From Cirrosporium novae-zelandiae (lineage: Eukaryota): DNA of 64,000 nt. The stretch is taken from positions 62,001 through 126,000 of the forward strand of contig JAPETS010000053.1 in NCBI GenBank assembly GCA_026023565.1, written 5' to 3'. Of the stretch, positions 1 through 10,914 are shown piece after piece. Position 1 is the stretch's first letter. The number at the start of each line of letters is the position of its first letter. Position numbers and translations under genes: made by a program. Below the pieces are notes generated by a model. That model was not told the origin of the DNA. It did not search any database and saw only the letters and a program-made list of their open reading frames with translations.

Positions 1-43
1 TTTCATCCATCCATCTATCTATCGACTTGGTATCTACCTACCT

Positions 44-290
44 ACATGTAACGAACAAACGAACGAACCGACCAACACTGATGCTCTCGGGAATCGAACC
101 TAACCTGGTAGACTATTTACTATGTAATCATGGCATCCTACCAAGTACACATGTAACGAACCAACCAACCAACCAACCAATCCATCCTGATGCTCTCCGG
201 GAATCAGAACCCCTAGTCAAATCTGATATTTACTGTGTAGAGAGAGTATTGCATCCCACAGTACTCGAGTAGTACTACGTACATGTAACG
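44..290 (-). repeat. Degenerate ~110-130 bp direct repeat (2 full units + partial third) with a tRNA 3'-half/B-box-like core
   Basis: ACATGTAACG at 44, 149 and 281; TGATGCTCTC(C)GGGAATC(A)GAACC at 79 and 188; TATTTACTRTGTA and GCATCC in both full units. The reverse complement reads GGTTCGATTCCCGAGAGCATCA. Confidence 0.75.
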
Positions 291-599
291 GACCACATAG
301 CTAACTAATTAACCAACGAACGAACCAACCAATCCAACCACACTTATCCTCAAAATCAAATAAATCCAAAATCCAAAATCTAAACACAAACACAAAACCC
401 AAATCCATCCATCTATCTACTTGTTTTGTATCCACCTACCTACCTAGACTACTACCTCTATACCCAACATCTTCATCTACCAGTAGACTATACAAATAGA
501 TATACTTTCTTTCACCTTTTTCCCTATACTATACTAGACTATACTATACTATAGCCCCGTTCATTCATTCATTCATTCATTCGTGCCAAGATCCCATGT

Positions 600-600
<1 letters not shown>

Positions 601-636
<36 letters not shown>
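601..636. repeat. (CCATAC)n hexamer microsatellite
   Basis: About 6 tandem CCATAC units; accounts for the spurious WVWVWV ORF. Confidence 0.9.
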
Positions 637-1144
637 TTCTACATACTTCCAGCCATTTAATCCATTCCGCGGCGACCGTAAAGCATAAAGTATAAAGTAT
701 AAAAAAAAATTAACATAAAAGTAAAGTATAATAATTGCATCCCCGTTGTTCCCCGTCTGTCCCCCCTCCGTCCGGTGGGTGCCGATATAGGACAATGCAT
801 GTATGCATGCATGTATAGGACATTGTGGGTTGGAACCTAAAAAAAAGAAAAGGATTGGAGCAAACAAACATTGAACCCTTTCCCTTTCTTATCTTTTACT
901 CTCTTACTTTCACTCTCTCCCTCTCTCTTAGACTACCCGAAATGAAAAGAGAAGAGAAAAAAAAACGAAAGGAGGAAGGAAAGGAAAGGAAAAGAAAGGA
1001 AAGGAAAGGAAATATAGTATAGTATATTGGTAATTACTGTAGTTGGGGAGATTGGTAGGTAGGTAGATAGGTAGATAGTCTAACTGGAGATTAATTAATT
1101 ATCACCTCAATTCATTCCTAATCACTCACTCACTCACTCATTCA

Positions 1145-1149
<5 letters not shown>

Positions 1150-1184
<35 letters not shown>
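1150..1184. repeat. (CT)n microsatellite
   Basis: Direct reading of the tctctc run. Confidence 0.9.
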
Positions 1185-1188
<4 letters not shown>

Positions 1189-1600
1189 CAAGTCCTATTG
1201 TGTGCACTAGACTAATACCATAAACCCAATCCTCAATCTATTAATCCAATCACTAAATCACTAAATCCCTTCCGAAAGTAAAATAAAACTTGCCCAGATA
1301 CTTAATCTGTGTGACATGTCTATATTTGAGTTATGGTTGGATTAGGAAGAAGGAAGGCAAACAAAAAAAAAATCGGGGCACTTTAGATGGTGATAGTGAT
1401 AGTGATAATTAGTGCATAGTGGTGTTTGCTTAGATAGATAGATACACAGATACAAGTAATTACCTACCTACCTACCTACCTAGGTAATTAGTAATATTAG
1501 TTTAGTAGTTACAGTAGTTAATTAACAATTAACTTAACCCCCAACCCAAAAAAAAAAAAACAAAAAGGAAAAGAAAAAAAAACTAGTAGGGAAAAAAAAA

Positions 1601-2730
1601 AACGTGGCTACCCGCCACGAACTTATCCAGTGTTTTGCTAACTTCCCTAATTAACCAACACCAACCAAAAAACTAGCCCACGGAATCTAAACCCGGAGTC
1701 TACCCTAATTACTGTAACCCACGGAACACGGATTTGGAGCCAGGGGAAAGGAAAGAAAGTTATCCGTGTATCCGGTAATTATCCGTTCGCAATCGTAACC
1801 AGATCTGAAGTTGTCGTTGTCTGTAGTTGTCTGTGCCTGTATAACTAGTTAATTAGTTGGCTAGGTAATTAGGGCATTTAGGGATTTGTAAAAACAATTA
1901 ATTAATTTATCTTTATTTTCGTGTGTTGGTTTATATGGTTAATCAAGTTAGCCAAACACTGGACATTGGATCCTGAAGGCCCTGAAGGTTCATTGGCCAC
2001 GTTTTTTTGTTGTTGTTCTTCTTATTTTTTTCCCCCTTCTTTTTCTTGTTCTTCCTTTTCCCCTTCTTCGTTTTCTTTTGGGGAGGGTGGAGTATTTGGT
2101 TGGAGGGTTAACTGTTAATTACTATTTATTGATCTTTATTTCGTGGCGTGGGTGTGTGGGCTTGTGGAGTAAAGTGGCGTATGTGTAGTTTATATAGCCA
2201 AACACTGGAAGCTGGATAATTGAACAATTGAACCCTGATGGCTTTGAAGGTTCGTGGGCGGGTAGGCGGGTAGGCACGTTTTCTTTTCTTTCCCCCTTCT
2301 TTTTTTCTTCGTTTTTTAGGGGAGGGGAGGAGATAGGGTTGGATTGGCTTGGAGGGTTTGGAGGGTTGTGGTGATTGGGATGGTTAATCAGTTAGCCAAA
2401 CACTGGACAATTAGACCCTGGAGGCTCTAAAGGTTCTGACAGTTCGTGGGTGGGTAGGCGGGTAGGTACATTTTCTTTCCCCCCCTTCTTGTTTTTCTTG
2501 TTTTGCTTCTGGAAGGGTGGAGGGGTTCACTATCTTTATTTTCGTGGCGTATGTGTAGGTGTTGTGGTTGTGATTGGCTTGGAAGGGTTTGGATGGTTTA
2601 TAAGTTAGCTAAACACTAGACGCTGGACACTGGACAATTGGACCCTGAGGGCTCTGAAGGTTCTGCGCGGGTAGGCGGGTAGGCACGTTTTCTTGTTTTT
2701 TTTTTTTCCTTCTTTTTTTCTTGTTTTTGG
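1601..2730. repeat. Degenerate ~200-245 bp repeat family: four tandem copies plus one shortened inverted copy
   Basis: TAGCYAAACACTRGA at 1949, 2195, 2393 and 2606. Each is followed by a CCTG..GGC...AAGGTTC block, then GGGTAGGCGGGTAGG (copies 2-4) and a T-rich tract. 1601-1642 reverse-complements to GTTAGCAAAACACTGGATAAGTTCGTGGCGGGTAGCCACGTT. Confidence 0.85.
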
Positions 2731-3092
2731 GTGATCTGGTATGGATAGCGTTTCAGAAATCCCCCCTTCTCTTTTTTTCCCTGTAGTTGTTTAGAATAAA
2801 TAATTAAAACACTTTTGACTTTTAACTTTTAGGGGCCGGGGATAGATGGGTGGCTTGATGTATAAGTTTGTGGTTGTTTCGGATAACTTAAAGTGTAAAG
2901 TGCTTTTTTATGTATTCAAAGGAGCGGAGGTAGCGAGGGGAGCAAGCGATTATCGTATCGTATCATATCGTTTCTTCTTCTGTCGTTTCTTCTTCTGCCT
3001 CTTGTGCGATAGCCACATACCATGTAGATAGGACAGATAGATAACCCCCCTCCCCCTCCCCCTCCCCCTCCCCCTCCCCCTCACCCCCACCC

Positions 3093-4189
3093 TCAATAAT
3101 CGACCCACCCCCCTCCCATCCTCAACCCCATCATCTCCCTCATGAGCCTCCTCCTCTCAGGTTCCAAAGCCTCTTGCCCCTCCCTCGCTTCCCCAACCGC
3201 AATCTCCATCTCCCCCCTCGCTAAGGCGGAATACGCCTCCTCTAGGAACTCGGCCAACGGCATGCCGATTTCGCGTCCGTTTTTGATTTGGGGTTGGTGC
3301 TTTTCATCGTGGAGTTCGGCTGCGAGATGTTAGAGATGGGATGAGATGAGATGGGGGATATGTTATAGATGAAGAGGGAAAGGAAAAGGAGGTGGGGGTT
3401 ATAAGGAAAGGGGGGAGGGGGTTAGGGTAAGTACGTACTTTGTACAGCGGGGGGCAATAGTTCGATAATCTTGATGTTTGTCTTTTGGAGTTGTTGGCGG
3501 AGGGAGAGGATGAATTGGTGGAGAGCTGCTTTGCTGGCGCAGTAGTTGAGACAGCGGGGTAGGGGGATTAGAGCTAGGTTAGAGGTTACGCTGGTGAGGA
3601 GGGGTTAGTGGGTATGTAATTGTAGAGGCCATGTATATGCGGTGTTTGTATCATCTTTCTGAGGGCATTTGGGTAGAGGGGGTTCATTTCTAGTTGATAG
3701 CGGAGGAGGACGACGAGATAGATAGATTCCAAACATAACAACTTACAAAATCAACCCACTTTCCACCCCCTCCTCCCCCCTCTTTATCAAAAAAGGCAAA
3801 AAATACTTCGTCAACGTAACATGCGCCGTATAATTCGTCAACATTTCCGTCCCCATCAACTCCAAATCCACCTCCCCAGGCTTGGTAAAATCAAACTGTC
3901 GCTGGATTCCCGAATTCAGTACCACGCAATCCAGGTCCGGGAACCTGCATGTGACATCCTCAACGAATTTCGGGATTTGATCTAGCTGTGTGACGTCAAA
4001 ACGGATAGCGTTTGCTTTATCCTTGTTTTTGTCGTCATTGTGTTTGTCGACAAATTCATCTAGATTTTCTTGTCGTCGGCCGCAGGCTATTACGGAGGAG
4101 CCTTCTTTGATGAGTCTTTCGGCCAGAGCGAGGCCGATTCCTGAAGTTGCGCCCAGGACGAGAACGCGCTTGTAAGGGAAAGCTACCAT
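3093..4189 (-). CDS. Short-chain dehydrogenase/reductase (DltE-like), 3 exons
   Basis: GATSGIG Rossmann motif and NSGIQ in exon 1 (4189-3747); catalytic YCASK in exon 2 (3590-~3438); exon 3 TELHD...WVDY ends at TGA 3093. Canonical GT-AG introns. Confidence 0.9.
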
Positions 4190-4972
4190 GTTTATTGTGA
4201 AAGCGTTTGGAATATTGGGTGGTGCTGTAAATGAATATGAAGATTTGCTTTGAGAGTTTGTGGGTATACCAATAAAAAAACAACCAAGATAGGGAGAGTG
4301 GAGAGTTGAAAGCAGTTAAATAGAGAGAAATAGAAATAATACTTCTGGGTAGACAAAAGGTCTATATATTGCAGGATAGTGACATCATACATAGGTGAAG
4401 GTTATCTGAAACCTACCTTAAGTCCGTCATCAGTCTTCTGGTGTCCTAAAGTAGACATGATGGTTTGAATCTTGGGGCTCTTATTGGTACTGTAACGTCT
4501 AGGAATCTGCAAAAATAATCCTTCAGCGGCTGTAAGAATTTATATCCGTAATGACCTGGTGGCGAGATTCACGAGTCCACATCTCAAACGTGGAGCTGTA
4601 TTAGCACTTATGGTACACTGTCTGTACGTTATTCCAAAATTTACTGTATAATTCCTCTGGTGAAGCTAATGGTTTAATTGAAGGCAAGGTACAAAGCTCA
4701 CAAGGCTATTCAGTTTGATACAAAATATCAAACATCTTCTAGCAACATCTCAATCTTGAAAATAATGCAGGGACCATCCATTGATCATGTAAATATGCGA
4801 CCTAGCGCCAAACGCCAAAAATCGGTGAGGCTATCGGGAAATGCTCATCGACGATATCGATTCGCCCACTTGAATTAAATATAGGCATAAAATAACCCCA
4901 CCCAACTATTTTAAACCCCCAGCAAACAACCATTTGCAGGCTAGAGAATTCCAAGCTCTAATGTTTTTCAGT

Positions 4973-5891
4973 TTAGAAGATGCTGTTGACAATATTGCTT
5001 CCAATTGTTGCACCAGCACCGAAAATGGCTATTTATTATAATCAGCAAGGCAACCTTTTACAAGACTTTACCCATACGTACCTGCATTGCCCATTTTCTT
5101 TCCGAATTTCTTGCCTTGTTGCTGCACCTTGCTCTCTTTCTGGGGTTCACCGGGAGCACCAGGTGCAGAAGAGCTACCTTGACTAACATCCAAAGGCATA
5201 TTTCCATAGTTGCTTGGGGGAGGTCCAGGTGGGGGCATTCCCTGTCCCTCCTCGAGAACCTTGACGTAACTTCGGGGGAAAATTCCCTCTTGCTTTGTTC
5301 TTTCATTTCGTCCACGCCACCCTGCATATGTCAGCCTTATTCGATGGTTCGATGGTTCATCTTCATCTTACAGTCTGCATTCATATGCTCAATCACTGTT
5401 ATCCGATCATTTGGCATAACAGCCAAATCGCCAGCATCTGTAGGATTATAGGCATATAGGGCCTCGCAGACACCAAGTGAAGGAGGACCAGCTGGAGCAG
5501 GCGACGCCCCGTAGGCTGGTGGAGGAGGGCCAGCTGGAACAGGACTAGCGGAACCAAAATAGCCGTTTTGTTTTTCATTCATGTGCATGTTCTCCATTTG
5601 ATTTGTGGGAGGCTGAGCCAAGGGTATAGGCTGAGGAGAAGGAGTGGGGAGAGCTGTGGTTGCTGGAGTTGGAGCATCATGAAGAGGAGCGTGAAGTGGA
5701 GTCTGATTAGGAAGTTGGGAGAGAATCGAGGACAATTGCTGAGGAGTGATGACTGAAGAGTCTGTCAAAAACTCGAGTTCCTAGTAGAGCTCAGTTTATT
5801 GGTTTGTAGAATGAATCATGAGACATACAGTTCGAATGGTTCGTAGAGACCTGTTCGTTAAGGCGACGAGGTTTTCTTCAACGGATGGCAT
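4973..5891 (-). CDS. PIN3/LSB1-like SH3-domain protein
   Basis: Spliced SH3 ALYAYNPTDAGDL...NADWWRGRNERTKQEGIFPRSYV; PPPAY motif; C-terminus GKKFGKKMGNAAIFGAGATIGSNIVNSIF is typical of Pin3/Lsb1. Confidence 0.88.
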
Positions 5892-6618
5892 GATTGTTGT
5901 GTTGGAGAAAAATATATTAGCTTTAGGAGAAGAAAAGGTATGTTGTTTCCAGTGTTGAAATGTTGAATCTGGACGGCTCAGATGATAAAGGTGGAGCAGT
6001 AGGTTGTCTCAAGTAAAGATGGGCGGGCCACAGAGCTATTGCCCTGCATCTCAATCGTGGCGGAGCAGGGACGGAGCGGACGGACATATGATAGCCGAAT
6101 CCAAGCCCCGCCAAGCCCCTCTAGATATCCACAAATTTCATAATCCACATACTGTGTAGAGCTGAGGTTTTGAGGATATTAACAAGATGACCCTCATTGA
6201 ACGGCTGACTGCTACTGGGTATATCACAATCTGCTATGTGAAAGGTGTGATGTATTAATCTAAACAGGTTGAGTCGTAAATAATTTTTATTCAAGCCATA
6301 ACGTTATAAATAGACGTTCCTAATATTCTGCCTAAGGTACCTATGACCATTACTCGAGTACACCTTAACTGGGTAATAACCTAGACCTTTCTATCAACGA
6401 GTTCATAAATCATTCCTCGAGAGGGTATCATTCTCAATCCATCAACCAGTCTTTTCCAAGGGGCGCCAATAGTTTTCAACAAAGCCTGACTGTCCTGTGG
6501 TTGCCCTGCGGTTCCTGTGTGATTCATCCACATGTTTCACCCCCCAAATGGCTCATCATGAGAGTGCTAGTTAGAGCAATGATTTAGTATTCTCTTCGTA
6601 TTCACCTAAACAGAGATT

Positions 6619-8765
6619 TTATGTAGTCTTCTCGCTGAATCCGCCTTCAAGCCGATAATCTGGGTTAGAGTGATCAATGTTTTGGACATTTTCCAATCTC
6701 TCAGAACTTTCCTTCGACGACAGGGAAATGGCGCTAACACGACGCCTGTGTTCCTCGGTATCTTCGTAGGCGATCAACAGCTCTCCGTTTTTGTCGTACC
6801 GATGAGGCTCCTCTCGGGCCACTCTCACGACATTCCAAGTATTTGACTTGTGGAATATTACATCCATTTCCTCCAGAGAGCGATAAGCAGTCTCAGGGTA
6901 GAAGAAGTATACAACTGGGAAGATAAAGGCATTGCTAAGGAACAAGTATTAGCTAATTCATTTCCTGGTCCTGTGTAAACCGTAACTCACATGACAGCAA
7001 AAATAATATAGGTCTTGTATTTAATTGAAGAAAACGAAACGGGCGTTATCATGACGACCATAAAATTGAAGATCCAGTTTCCAGAAGTTGACAAGGCATT
7101 TGCAGGTGCTCGGATGCGCAGAGGGACCTGTGACATGTTAATCGCATTTCTACGAGTCCTAACGTAGACTTACAATCTCAGCAGGGTACAGCCAGGTCAT
7201 CCCTAGCCAGCCAATGGCAAAGAATGTGTTGAAGATGAACAGGAAAGCTGCTGCAATTATTCCGCAAACATTACCACCAATACTGTTCATGACTGCCAGG
7301 ATAATCATCGAGGCAGACATGCCAGCTGCACCGAAAAGCATTAGTGTTCGTCTACCAACCTTTTCGATAGTAAAGACGGCAATAAATGATGCTGCAAAAT
7401 ATTCCGTGCCATTTGCGGCAGCCAGAATACGGGAGATGAAGCTCGAGAGACCAATTTCATTCTGATAGATAGTCGCAGCATAGTAGGTGATAAGGTCTAT
7501 ATAGGAAATTGATTAGTAAACTCCGTAAAAAAGGAGAATGGAAGGAGGACGAACTAATGCCGGATATCTGCTGGAACATTTGGTTGACATATGCCAGGAT
7601 TGTTCGGTGAAGGTGACGATTTTCGTTACATTTGAACAAATCTGCAAATCCACCTTTAGACATCTCGAGCACGGTGTCTTTAATGGCGATAAATTCCGAG
7701 TGGATATAAGGATCGTCTGACGGAAGGTCGCTCAGGGAACTTAATACAGACAGGGCTTCCTCTTCTCTCCCCTTCAAGATGAGCCATCGGGGACTTTCGG
7801 GAAGTTCGAGTATAAAGGCGAGAATTATGAGCGCGAAGAAGATCTGAAAAGCAATGGGGAATCTCCAGGCAACGGATGATGGTTCCGCAAACGAAAATCC
7901 AAAATCAAGCCAATAGCTAATCATGATACCACCAGTGATCAACGAACCTTCGATCATGACCAGCTGTCCTCTTCTGTGGGACTTTGAGCATTCTGATTGC
8001 CAAGTTGGTACAGTTGAGGTGTTGAGTCCATTTCCGAATCCAGTTATAACACGTCCAGCAACAAAGTGTCCTATAGAAAAGGCTGAAGTCTGAAGTGTGG
8101 CCCCAAGAACCATGATAGCTGATCCTAGGAATATAGTCTTTCTACGTCCTAGAATATTTCCGATCCAAATGCAAAGTACTGCACCGAAGAAACAGCCCAC
8201 ATTGTAAGAGGCGACAGTTATACCTTTTTAACATTAGATTGTAGTAAACGGGATTCGATGAAACTAGTATCTTACCTTGGATAGTCGAACGATGATCTTG
8301 TTGAGCTGGAGTTAGGCCCTTGAGCCCTGCAGCCGTGGTATCAATCTCAGGGAAAACTTTGACAAAAGAATCGAGAGTTAAGAGTCCACCAGTTACACCC
8401 CTAGAAGACGTGTTAGGCAATGGATATAGATTTTTTTTTCTCAAGCCATTTCAATGAAAACCAAGCAATTATGTTCGAAGCCCTCTTAAAGATCCAATTA
8501 CGAAAAGAACTTTAATTCTCCTCTTCACTCGTTTGACTAGAGGTCTCTCCAGCGGGAATTGACTTGGCTTGACTTGATTTGACTCGATTTGACTTGAGAG
8601 TGGACAGGTCTTTACATACTGGTCGTAACCAAAGAGCCTGTAGTGAAATTAGTAGATTGTATGCGGTAATGCGCAATATACTTACAAGAAGTCAAGACCC
8701 GCTATAAACCCGATAGCTAGGTTCAATTGGGTCCCCTTTAGGCCCATGTACTTGCGTCCGAACAT
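6619..8765 (-). CDS. MFS sugar porter (STL1-like sugar/polyol:H+ symporter), multi-exon
   Basis: Start MFGRKYMGLKG; 18-nt micro-exon 8637-8620 (LFGYDQ); motifs GRR, PESPRWL, QQISGIN, WLYPAEI and PET. Confidence 0.92.
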
Positions 8766-9626
8766 TTCGGATATTAGAGGGATCGTAAAGCTCTTGCAGC
8801 TTAAATGATAGGAAATAAGCCAGGTCTAAGCAAATAGTAAAGATATCAATCAATGACCACACCTTTAGGCGCAAAGGACTTCAATGCTCTGCAAGGCCTG
8901 TGGAATCGGTAAAGGAATGCTGAATCCGGACATTTAACAGCGGGGGGTTTAGGTTTTATATAAACACCGACATTGTGGGAAACATCATCTTTGACTATCG
9001 TTGACATTTCGAGTAACCACCTAAGTAATCATACTCGGGGTTGGTTCCCAAGCCAAAGGCTTACTGCGTCGAGTTCCGATCCAATGTTGAGTTGCGTCTT
9101 CGATATCCGGGAATCCTTGACAAAGATCCATGATGAAAACCCATGTCTAAACAATAGACTATAGCCAGAGGTTGAGCTTGCGCTGGACCGATGCAACCAC
9201 AATGATCATCCTATAAAACTTAGATAATTGGTTCAACTCGCACTATTATGTCCCGACAATGTCCCTTAATCTGCTAGACTCGGAGGGCTCTTACTGAAAG
9301 ATACTTATTTAGATGTACTCTTACACTGTACATACTTACATGCTCGGTGTGGGAGTGAAATTGCAAAATAGAAATGATGTAATGTGGGAACGGCTTACTA
9401 GATGAGGAGAATCCGGTGCTCAACTACCCTCAATTATGCTCCAGGACGACAAGAAATACTCTGCAGAATGTAAAAGACCCTGAACCAGTTGGAACCAATC
9501 TCGAATCATTTTATTAAAAAAATCTTAACCTTCCTTGTAGGACTTGCAGTAGCATGGTCACGCCGAGTCAAATCAAGACATGCCGTCGAATAAGTTTGCC
9601 GACGGCTAGGGGCTATGGGTCGTCAT

Positions 9627-9998
9627 CTGGGGAACTTCATGACATCTTCCCCACTGTTTTACCGTTGAACTACAAAGTAGTTGTTGCTGAATGCGAGAAC
9701 AACTCCGCTGAAACCAACGTCAAAGATGGTCGGCTATCAATTGACCTTGGTGCTTCAACACCAAGATTTGTACCATCTTGAGGTGACGGGTTTTTTAGGA
9801 AATTTATTGTGGATACTTTTTCCTAAAGTGTTTCGTAACGATTCTGAATTTCGCACTCACAATGTTGGCTTTGAGTAACCATCACGTGGTGCCCTAATAG
9901 GAATATCCTAGATTCCCCGCGTATTTAACTTGGGCATAGATCTGTCAACCCCAGAAACCCCAGGAATCTCCGGATTTCCAAATAAAAGCCATCTGGGG
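9627..9998. promoter_or_regulatory. Cluster of SYGGRG (CreA/Cre1-type) motifs upstream of the sugar porter
   Basis: SYGGRG on either strand at 9627, 9649, 9915, 9949, 9958, 9968 and 9993. Binding is inferred only. Confidence 0.35.
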
Positions 9999-10914
9999 TG
10001 CGTTCGGAAGGAATATTCGATTGCTGACTCTAGATTTGGGTGGCCTGCAAGGAGAATTTGCTGTTGGAATGGCCGTTACTAGTGGAGAAGGTTAGGGGTT
10101 GATGGGTTCCTAAATTAGGCAATCCCGGGATAGAATTGGCATCCTCTTTTGCCCTAAATTCGGGTGACAAACTTCAACTTCTCATTGCCCCATTTTTCCA
10201 TCTTAGCCCAACTATTATTAACCCACTCAACCCACACAATATTATTCATGACTTCATCTCACCTTAAATCAACATGCTGGTAATATTTAATTTTTTTTGT
10301 CCTTCTATTCCTCTCCTCTCCGCCATATCTGTAACGGAATCAATACTAACAACCTGTTTACAGCTGTCTTGTCAATGAATAGTCGGTCTCTTCCGATTCC
10401 GGAGAACATACCTTGATCTCTACGTACTTAGCTATGTTAAGAATTTCACCAGGGTTTTGAAATATTTCATTGCATTTTTGAGTCTCAACTGTTTCTGCTA
10501 TCGGGTCCTATCTATGAGAATAGACAAAGTTGCGAACTCTTGAATAACAGTAGGGGTGCACGCGATATACAGTGTGGAGACGGTCGAGACAACATGAGCG
10601 ATTCTGAATATGTTTCCTCTGGAAAGAAGTGCTTTTCAGATTTGACCATTCGTTCAGGAGCACAATTTCAGTATCGCTAGTTATCATGAAAGATGAAAGA
10701 ACAAACTTGCTTTAGAAGACTCTGTCCTTGTAACCATCGCTTCTCTTTTGGACAGAAAGTGTCTAGAGTTGCGTAGGGTAGGACTCTTAAGAAGGAAATA
10801 AAGCAGAAAGGGATGGATGCTAACGGTCACGGAAACAGATTGAGTTGTTGGCCAGTGCTGGAGGCGATGTTGCAAGGAACTCATCTTGATCCGTAAGGAG
10901 CAATGGTCAATCCC

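Noticed and set aside
79..255. Functional tRNA genes
   Set aside because: Too short, with no D or anticodon arms and imperfect T-stems; kept only as relic candidates.
1601..2730. CRISPR-like array interpretation of the repeat/spacer pattern
   Set aside because: Eukaryotic context, degenerate long units, low-complexity and mutually similar spacers, no cas genes.
577..3031. Small ORFs in the first 3 kb (WVWV, K/R-rich, F/S-rich)
   Set aside because: Products of microsatellites and purine/pyrimidine tracts.
6619..8765. Sugar porter as the quinate permease (QutD) of a qut cluster
   Set aside because: Motifs look STL1-like rather than QutD-like, an unrelated gene separates it from the TF, and no dehydroquinase or dehydratase is visible.
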